This document shows, one piece after another, positions 58,372 through 64,000 of a stretch of 64,000 bases of DNA (its first letter is position 1; each line of letters opens with the position of its first letter). The stretch spans positions 360,021 through 424,020 of the forward strand of contig JABWCG010000001.1 of assembly GCA_013359225.1 (NCBI GenBank), read 5' to 3'. Position numbers and translations under genes: made by a program. Below the pieces are notes generated by a model, which was not told the DNA's origin, did no database searches, and worked only from the letters and a program-made list of their open reading frames with translations. Source of the stretch: Candidatus Buchananbacteria bacterium. GTDB lineage: Bacteria > Patescibacteriota > Patescibacteriia > Buchananbacterales > UBA6539.

Positions 58372-59748
58372 CTAAAGCTTCATCAGCCGGGCCACTGTGT
58401 CCGGCTGGCAATCGTCGGCCAAAACCGGCTGAGTACCCTTTGGTTCCAGGAAGGGCTGACTGAATTTGAGTCCGTCGGCAGTGCAAATGACCACAACGGT
58501 TTCGCCTTCATGCACCAACCCTCGACTGACCGCTTTTTTCAGACCGGCCAACGCGACGCCGCTTTGCGGACAAACGAAATGGCCGTCTTTAGCGCAGGCC
58601 AGCACTGCCGGGTAAGCTTCCTGGTCAGAAGCGTCCAGAATCGCGCCGTTAGAGGCGATGATTTCCCGCATCACCTTGCGCTTAGACACCGGGTCGCCGA
58701 TTCTCATCGCCGTTGCCATTGTTTCGCCAACCTTAACCGGTTGGTAAATTTCAAGCCACTGCCGGACCAGTGCCGCCTGTTCATCGGCCGATAAATCCGG
58801 CCTGATGGCAATGTTCGGCCATGATATTGCCAGAGGGTTTGCAGCATTTGACTGGCAGCCAATAATCCGGGTCTGATGTTCAAACCCAAGGCTGGTCAGC
58901 AACCGTAAGGCCTTACCCACCGAACTGGCATTACTGCCATTACCAATCGGCACGAAAACGACATCAAGAGATTTCCAGCCGAACTGGCGAATCGCTTGAA
59001 AGACCGTTGTCTGATGTCCTTGAATCCGCGCCGGATTCAGACTGTTGCCAGGGTAAACCCCGCGCTTGACTAACTCACGAAATACTCGCATACAATCATC
59101 AAACGTTCCGGGCAGCAGGATCACTTGCGCGCCAAACAGCCTGACTTGCATCAGTTGCTCGGGCGTAATCTTGCCAGCCGGCAAGATGACTGTGCACTTA
59201 ATTCCGGCGTGGGCGCAAAATGCCGCCAGCGAAGCTGAGGTGTCACCCGTTGAAACACAGGCAATAAATTCGACACCGCCGGCTTTGGCGATGGAAACCA
59301 AGACGGTCATGCCATCGTCCTTGAAACTGCCGGTCGGATTTTTACCGCGAAGCGAAAGCCACAGCTTCAACGGCATGCCGATATATTCCTTAAGATGCCG
59401 TCCGGCCTCAACCAGCGGCACCAAGCCTTCACCAATCGAAACGATGTTGTCCGCCGATAAATCAGGCGCTACCCAGGGTTTGAAATCCCACACCCCGGAG
59501 TTAAAGTCTGACTTCCTGGCGAATAACGCCTTCCAATCGGCCGGGCGGTGATGTAGTGGTACCGGCACGATCATATCGTACAGATTGCCACAATCCGGGC
59601 ATGAAAAGGCCCGTTCAGTGAGCACGTCGGCTTTTCGGCCGCAGCCGATACATGACAGAAAAGACGTTTCTAATTCGTTCATATGTCCTCCCGGTCCGGT
59701 TAGGTTGGTTGTGAAAGGGACAAAAATAAGGTTTGAGACATTATTCAA
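58372..59748 (-). CDS. thrC: threonine synthase (with N-terminal zinc-ribbon)
   Basis: The PLP-lysine motif NPTGSFKDDG, an N-terminal C4 ribbon (CIGCGRK...CPDCGN) and a strong GGGAGGA SD. It lies in a high-GC block. Confidence 0.8.
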   Translation of the reverse strand: MNNVSNLIFVPFTTNLTGPGGHMNELETSFLSCIGCGRKADVLTERAFSCPDCGNLYDMIVPVPLHHRPADWKALFARKSDFNSGVWDFKPWVAPDLSADNIVSIGEGLVPLVEAGRHLKEYIGMPLKLWLSLRGKNPTGSFKDDGMTVLVSIAKAGGVEFIACVSTGDTSASLAAFCAHAGIKCTVILPAGKITPEQLMQVRLFGAQVILLPGTFDDCMRVFRELVKRGVYPGNSLNPARIQGHQTTVFQAIRQFGWKSLDVVFVPIGNGSNASSVGKALRLLTSLGFEHQTRIIGCQSNAANPLAISWPNIAIRPDLSADEQAALVRQWLEIYQPVKVGETMATAMRIGDPVSKRKVMREIIASNGAILDASDQEAYPAVLACAKDGHFVCPQSGVALAGLKKAVSRGLVHEGETVVVICTADGLKFSQPFLEPKGTQPVLADDCQPDTVARLMKL

Positions 59749-59828
59749 GCCTCAAAACACCTTAGACAAAAAATGCCGTTGCGTCAAGAAAAAACGAGCC
59801 TTGCAACCACAAGACTCGTCAAAAACCC

Positions 59829-60743
59829 TTAACGAACAAACAGACTGATTGGCACAACCACGATAGCGGTTGCGCCAGCCGCCTTCAATTCGGGGATCAG
59901 GCGCTCTACTGCCGACTCCTCAACAACCGCCTCCAAGGCAAAGCCTCCCGACTTCGAAAGATCCGACCTCGTCGGCTCGTCCGCCGACGGCAGAATTCGG
60001 CAGACATCACTGCAGTTTCTAGCCGCCACATTGCACTTGACAAGGACTTTGGTTCGCGCAGCAATCACGGCATTTAACAGCAGCCGAAATTCGGCGATGA
60101 TGTTTGCCTGAACCTTATTTTCCAGCGCCGCCGGATAAGTAATCAGACACGTCTGCGATTCCAGCGCCTGTTCAACAATGCGCCAGCCGCCGACTTTCAG
60201 CGAAAGCCCCGTTTCGGTGTTCTCAAAAATCGCGTCGGCCAAGCCATGAAACGCCTCAAGCGAACCATGAACATGAATGATATCGGGACTGACTCTCTTG
60301 CCATCAAGCCAGCGCCTGGCAAATGATGGATATTCGGTCGCCACCTCATGCTCTGGCATCAAATCAGTCACCGACTGGATCGGCGAATTTTCCGGCACCG
60401 CCAACACCAACTTAGTTGACCCGTACCCGCCACGCGACAACGGATACCTGTCTAAGACCACTACCTGGTCTTCAACGCCGGCCTCCGCAATCAAATCCTG
60501 AGCGGTAAACGCCAGTTCCGCCAAACCGCGGGCCACTACTTTAGGCGAATCCCACGGCCGCATTCGGCGAACAACATCAAACGGTGGCGCAAACAAACGC
60601 TTGTTGGCGATAATACCACGATACGATCGATCACCCCCCGGATAACTAACCGCACAATGGGCATCGGCAAGTAACCGGTGAATCACTTCCTTTAGTGATC
60701 CGTCCGGAACTACCAAGCGACATCCCTCACGACCCTCGTTCAA
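59829..60743 (-). CDS. hisG: ATP phosphoribosyltransferase, long form with C-terminal regulatory domain
   Basis: The periplasmic-binding-like catalytic fold and a C-terminal HisG_C-like segment (AAGATAIVVVPISLF). It overlaps hisI by 17 nt. Assignment is moderately confident. Confidence 0.65.
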   Translation of the reverse strand: MNEGREGCRLVVPDGSLKEVIHRLLADAHCAVSYPGGDRSYRGIIANKRLFAPPFDVVRRMRPWDSPKVVARGLAELAFTAQDLIAEAGVEDQVVVLDRYPLSRGGYGSTKLVLAVPENSPIQSVTDLMPEHEVATEYPSFARRWLDGKRVSPDIIHVHGSLEAFHGLADAIFENTETGLSLKVGGWRIVEQALESQTCLITYPAALENKVQANIIAEFRLLLNAVIAARTKVLVKCNVAARNCSDVCRILPSADEPTRSDLSKSGGFALEAVVEESAVERLIPELKAAGATAIVVVPISLFVR

Positions 60744-61125
60744 ATACGTATCCTCCTTCCTGCACTACACCATCAAGCTTAGTGAAAAAACAGCTTGGTT
60801 TACCAAAATGGCAGGCATACCCGTCGCCTGACACTTCAACCAAAAGTAGCACACAGTCTTTGTCGCAGTCAAGATAAGCGTCCCGGATTTTCATTGTGTT
60901 ACCGGATTCACCACCCTTATACCAAAGCAAATGGCGCGAAGTTGACCACAGCCAAACCTCGCCAGTCGCTTTAGTGTTTGACCAGGCTTCCTGATCAATA
61001 AAGCCGTGCATCAGTACCTCCTTTGTCCGGTAGTCCTGGACAATCGCCAGTACCAAACCGCCGCGCTGATTCAGCGACAAATCCAGTCGTGCTGAAAAAT
61101 CAGGAGCAAGCTCTTCTTTTTCCAT
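60727..61125 (-). CDS. hisI: phosphoribosyl-AMP cyclohydrolase (HisI domain only)
   Basis: LVLAIVQD ... the Cys-rich metal site (DCDKDCVLLLVE...GYACH). At 132 aa there is no HisE domain. Confidence 0.8.
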   Translation of the reverse strand: MEKEELAPDFSARLDLSLNQRGGLVLAIVQDYRTKEVLMHGFIDQEAWSNTKATGEVWLWSTSRHLLWYKGGESGNTMKIRDAYLDCDKDCVLLLVEVSGDGYACHFGKPSCFFTKLDGVVQEGGYVFERGS

Positions 61126-61186
61126 GTTCGTTCCCTCGCTTCTTGTGTTAAAAGATCAAAAAAACTTTTCTTACCCATAAGAAAAG

Positions 61187-61203
61187 CCCCGCCGAAGGCG
61201 GGG
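61187..61203 (-). terminator. terminator after yerC-like gene (CCCCGCC GAA GGCGGGG)
   Basis: A 7-bp GC stem with a moderately T-rich tract on the minus strand. Confidence 0.5.
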
Positions 61204-61294
61204 TAAGCTGACATTATCAAAAAATATCAAATTACCTCGACTCCGGCGAGTTTATTTGATGATGATTAAATTTTTGATTTATTACTGCAACCAT

Positions 61295-61588
61295 TTATTT
61301 ATCAATCCTTTTTAGGGCAAGATTATAGCCTCCCTCGCCGCGGTACAGCCAATGGGCCACGCGCGCTACTGTCGTAGTGCTTAAACCGGTTTGTCGCGCT
61401 ACTTCGCGGTATGACTTGTTTTGATTAAGTAACCGTACTGCCTGCCACCGTTTTGAAAATTCAGTGATTTCTTCAATCGTCAATAAATCGCGAAAAAACC
61501 GTCGGCAATCTTGAGTGGTTTTCAGACTTAAAATAGCACGATATAGCGCGTCAATCTGACTATGGTGCCCCTGGTGAGTTCCTTTCAT
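61295..61588 (-). CDS. TrpR-related YerC/YecD-family DNA-binding protein
   Basis: A 97-aa protein with a C-terminal HTH (YREVARQTGLSTTTVARVAHWL) and the YerC/YecD pattern. Confidence 0.7.
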   Translation of the reverse strand: MKGTHQGHHSQIDALYRAILSLKTTQDCRRFFRDLLTIEEITEFSKRWQAVRLLNQNKSYREVARQTGLSTTTVARVAHWLYRGEGGYNLALKRIDK

Positions 61589-61611
61589 ATTAGTGGTGAT
61601 TAGTTCTGTAT

Positions 61612-61637
61612 TACTGTATTAATATATTAATACAGTA
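61612..61637. promoter_or_regulatory. 26-bp perfect palindrome TACTGTATTAATATATTAATACAGTA upstream of yerC-like gene (candidate operator)
   Basis: An exact reverse-complement palindrome centred about 36 bp upstream of the yerC-like start. It has CTGT/ACAG arms like LexA/SOS boxes, but a 14-bp rather than 8-bp spacer. Confidence 0.5.
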
Positions 61638-61684
61638 GCATAAGACAAAAAAACTGTCAAGCGGGCGCCTTATTTAATAATCAT

Positions 61685-61710
61685 AAAACCCGAAACATGT
61701 TTCGGGTTTT
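61685..61710. terminator. palindromic bidirectional terminator AAAACCCGAAACATGTTTCGGGTTTT
   Basis: A perfect palindrome 10 nt downstream of the Cys-rich peptide stop. It terminates the gap-peptide transcript on the minus strand. Confidence 0.7.
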
Positions 61711-61720
61711 ATGATATTTT

Positions 61721-61837
61721 TTAATTACAGTCGCAAGTACAGCCCGGTTCGTGATCACAGCAATTTTTGCAAACGTCGCTCTGACAGCTGCAACGGATAT
61801 CATTGGTGATTTCCTCACCGCAATGTTGACACTCCAT
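61721..61837 (-). CDS. 38-aa Cys-rich small protein (10 Cys; metallothionein-like / zinc-ribbon-like)
   Basis: Read directly on the minus strand: ATG at 61837, TAA at 61721-61723. It translates to MECQHCGEEITNDIRCSCQSDVCKNCCDHEPGCTCDCN. It lies 26 nt downstream of the gap stop and shares CxHC / CSC / NCxC motifs with the peptide at 2801-2913. The 270-aa + strand ORF covering it is antisense to gap and is rejected. Confidence 0.4.
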   Translation of the reverse strand: MECQHCGEEITNDIRCSCQSDVCKNCCDHEPGCTCDCN

Positions 61838-61863
61838 ACTTTACTTTTTTATTTTTTATTTAA

Positions 61864-62886
61864 TTATTTTATTAGTTTACCAATTTGTCCGGCGATGTCA
61901 ATAAGTCTGGTGCTATATCCCCATTCATTATCATACCACGCTAAAATTTTTACCATATTACCGCCAACCACCCTCGTAAATTCCAAGTCCACAATTGAAG
62001 AATACGGACTTTTTACAAAGTCTGAAGAAACTAAAGGTTTGTCGGAAACCGCCAAAACATTTTTGAAGGCCGGATTTTTGACAGCTTGTTTAAACTCGTC
62101 ATTAATTTCCTCAACAGTAACTGTCTTTTTCTTTAATACTGCCGTAATATCAGACACTGATCCGGTAATCACCGGCACCCGCAACGCAATACCGTCAAAC
62201 AAATTATTTAAGCTCTTGACTACCTTCGTGGTCGCAATCGCCGCGCCGGTTGAAGTAGGGATAATGTTTTGTGCCGCTGCGCGCGCTCGACGCAAATCTT
62301 TACTGGGGCCATCAACTAAATTCTGGGTTGAAGTATATGCATGCACAGTAGTCATCATGGCCTTTTCAATACCAAACTTTGATTCTAAAACCTGCATCAC
62401 TGGCGAAATACAGTTGGTAGTGCAAGATGCCATGGAAACAATTTTTTCGTGCTTGCCGGTTTTAACCCGCTCATTTGAATCTTTGGTTCCCAAAACCATT
62501 GTTTGGGTTTCATCTTTAGCTGGCGCAGAAATTACCACTCGCTTGGCTCCGGCACGCAAATGAGCCGATGCAGCTTCAGTGGTTTTAAATATACCGGTAC
62601 ACTCTAAAACGACATCAACCCGATGGGCTGCCCATGGTAACTGTGAAGGGTCTTTCTGATTAAACACCGGGTACAATCTACCATCAACCTTAATACCTTC
62701 TTTAGTGCCCTGAATTACTCCCGGCTGCTCGCCGTAGACAGTATCATATTTCAATAAATGAGCTAAAGTCTTATTGTCCATTAGATCATTGATGGCGACA
62801 ACCTCAATGTCCTTTCGCGTCAATGCGATTTTAAATGCAGCCCGGCCAATTCGGCCAAAACCATTAATAGCTATTCGTGTTGGCAT
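61864..62886 (-). CDS. gap: glyceraldehyde-3-phosphate dehydrogenase
   Basis: The NAD motif INGFGRIGR and the catalytic ASCTTNC motif. Confidence 0.95.
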   Translation of the reverse strand: MPTRIAINGFGRIGRAAFKIALTRKDIEVVAINDLMDNKTLAHLLKYDTVYGEQPGVIQGTKEGIKVDGRLYPVFNQKDPSQLPWAAHRVDVVLECTGIFKTTEAASAHLRAGAKRVVISAPAKDETQTMVLGTKDSNERVKTGKHEKIVSMASCTTNCISPVMQVLESKFGIEKAMMTTVHAYTSTQNLVDGPSKDLRRARAAAQNIIPTSTGAAIATTKVVKSLNNLFDGIALRVPVITGSVSDITAVLKKKTVTVEEINDEFKQAVKNPAFKNVLAVSDKPLVSSDFVKSPYSSIVDLEFTRVVGGNMVKILAWYDNEWGYSTRLIDIAGQIGKLIK

Positions 62887-62936
62887 ATGGAAAAAAATTA
62901 GTAGTAATTAGTTACAGTATATCACAAACAAAAAAA

Positions 62937-62959
62937 CCGCCCAAGGCGGGCGGCCTTTT
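62937..62959 (-). terminator. terminator after GerMN-like gene (CCGCCC ... GGGCGG + T7 on minus strand)
   Basis: A GC stem with GGTTTTTTTG on the minus strand. Confidence 0.7.
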
Positions 62960-62967
62960 AAATTCGC

Positions 62968-63819
62968 TTAGGGTTGCAAAATCGTTTCTGTTTCACCATC
63001 AATAGATATCACCACCTGTTTAACCGTATCAAACTGCTTTAGAGTCTCAGTAATCTGCGATCTAATCGCCGTCACCCGGCACGATCCGCCGACACCTGCC
63101 TGCAATGCCTGATCAAAATCAACATTCAGGACGCCGTCTTTTAGTTCAATCTTTTGGACTTTAACGTCTTCGGGCAGGCTGTCTACAAATCCATTTTTCA
63201 TTTCTTCTTCGGTTGTACCGGCTAAAAGCTGGTCAAGGGCTCCGGCAATCGGATTAACGTCAAATTGAATTTCCCGAACAGTCGGATATACCTTTGAACA
63301 ATCTTTTACTTCCGGGTCCTCTTTAATATTAGTAAAAAAAACTTTCACTGTCGGATTTTTATAATCGGCAAATACAATCGGCAGCTTAATCACATTTTGT
63401 ACCGATCCGTCATCCTTATTAACACTAAAAACTTCCAGCCAACCCCGAGGAGATGTCGGGGTGCCAAATGCCAATTCAGCGGAGAAAGAACCAAACGACA
63501 CCTCACTGTTATTAACCGTAATAGTGGTGGTGGCCATTGGATTATTAAGCGCATTTAATAGCCTTACTTGAATCTCCCCCAGACTGGCTACTGCCCGGCC
63601 TTGAATCATCAACGGGCTAGTAACCTGATCAAAGCTTAACGGCTTGTTAACTATAATATTACTGTCTAAAACCGCAACTTCACCCGGCTGCACGCTTGAA
63701 TTGGTGACCGCTGCATTATTTTGATTTATGTCTGTTTTCGATTGGCGAAAACAACCGGAAACAAAAAACGAACTAAACAAAATCAGGCCTAAGAAAAAAA
63801 TCCTTTTATGATGAAGCAT
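62968..63819 (-). CDS. GerMN-domain lipoprotein (Gmad2-like N-terminus)
   Basis: The lipobox FFVSGC and a C-terminal GerMN-like segment (GGSCRVTAIRSQITETLKQFDTVKQVVISIDGE). Confidence 0.55.
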   Translation of the reverse strand: MLHHKRIFFLGLILFSSFFVSGCFRQSKTDINQNNAAVTNSSVQPGEVAVLDSNIIVNKPLSFDQVTSPLMIQGRAVASLGEIQVRLLNALNNPMATTTITVNNSEVSFGSFSAELAFGTPTSPRGWLEVFSVNKDDGSVQNVIKLPIVFADYKNPTVKVFFTNIKEDPEVKDCSKVYPTVREIQFDVNPIAGALDQLLAGTTEEEMKNGFVDSLPEDVKVQKIELKDGVLNVDFDQALQAGVGGSCRVTAIRSQITETLKQFDTVKQVVISIDGETETILQP

Positions 63820-63830
63820 ATATCAATAAA

Positions 63831-64000
63831 TTATTGACTAATGACTTTGAGTTCAAAACTCTTTTTTGCTTCAAGTGGCTTAGTTGGCATAACATAGCTG
63901 AATTGCAGTTGAGTTTCTCCTGCCTCTTGAACCTTAAGCCACCACTCATCAGTGAACTTTCCGCCCAAAACATTCGGGTCGTCAATACCAACAACTTTGT
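63831..64000 (-). CDS. 3' end of an unidentified gene extending beyond the window (partial)
   Basis: The reading frame runs open from the window edge to TAA at 63831-63833 on the minus strand (..KVVGIDDPNVLGGKFTDEWWLKVQEAGETQLQFSYVMPTKPLEAKKSFELKVISQ). The 62-aa track ORF 63806..63994 in another frame is rejected. Confidence 0.35.
   Translation of the reverse strand, partial: KVVGIDDPNVLGGKFTDEWWLKVQEAGETQLQFSYVMPTKPLEAKKSFELKVISQ

Noticed and set aside
61612-61637. The palindrome read as a LexA SOS box
   Set aside because: The arms match CTGT/ACAG, but the spacer is 14 bp, not the 8 bp of E. coli-type boxes or the Gram-positive CGAACnnnnGTTCG. No lexA gene is in view. It is treated as a candidate operator for the adjacent TrpR-like gene.
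61751-62563. 270-aa + strand ORF from the six-frame track
   Set aside because: It is entirely antisense to the high-confidence gap gene and the Cys-peptide gene, with a low-complexity hydrophobic translation. It is a typical shadow ORF.
63806-63994. 62-aa minus-strand ORF at the window edge
   Set aside because: A different frame on the same strand stays open to the window boundary with protein-like composition and stops at 63831. The track ORF is a frame shadow.

Overview
This 64 kb window is from a low-GC, compact bacterial genome. Genes are densely packed, often with overlapping start and stop codons, many mRNAs are leaderless or SD-poor, and small proteins are common. The style is consistent with, but does not prove, a Patescibacteria/CPR-like or other small-genome Gram-positive-type organism. 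I see no rRNA, tRNA or CRISPR array.

Main blocks, in order:
- 82-7325: a sigma/anti-sigma pair, then a redox/metal cluster (ArsR/SmtB regulator, a 37-aa Cys/His peptide, glutaredoxin-like protein, SOD, TPP enzyme, ALDH, Bcp).
- 7405-16555: a cell-envelope glycan cluster (UbiA-like, Wzx-like flippase, GT4, GT2, NUDIX, RluB, GT2), followed by a Wzy-like/HD-domain fusion that is preceded by an unusual structured leader.
- 16552-25942: fmt-def, small membrane ORFs, LigB-like protein, a secreted protein, ThpR, WecB/TagA, gltX, an M23 peptidase.
- 25943-28311: an sdpR/sdpI-like regulator-immunity pair with a promoter-overlapping operator; a 460-bp inverted-repeat-rich spacer (15-bp terminal inverted repeats plus a perfect 20-bp hairpin); and a convergent ATP-cone + Mrr-like PD-(D/E)xK nuclease sitting at the end of a ddl-ftsQ operon.
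- 29192-44989: housekeeping genes (ddl, serS, lysS, greA, mrdA, mreDCB, proS, rseP, frr, holB).
- 45092-46520: a compositionally atypical stretch with a GH5-like hydrolase and a promoter/terminator-bounded 59-aa orphan ORF.
- 46548-51260: a second mreB paralog with a trailing 71-aa ORF, and a GT2 cluster that includes a processive QxxRW synthase.
- 51331-62886: lower glycolysis (two tandem divergent gpmI, eno, pgk, gap), interrupted by a high-GC island carrying thrC-hisG-hisI (no hisE), a yerC/TrpR-like gene with a 26-bp perfect palindrome, and a second Cys-rich peptide that looks paralogous to the first.

Most worth a second look:
- The two related Cys-rich micro-proteins (2801-2913 and 61721-61837).
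- The ATP-cone nuclease (27451-28311).
- The sdpRI-like module (25946-26987).
- The leader at 14297-14578, which carries a 13-nt perfect complement to the 16S rRNA 3' tail.
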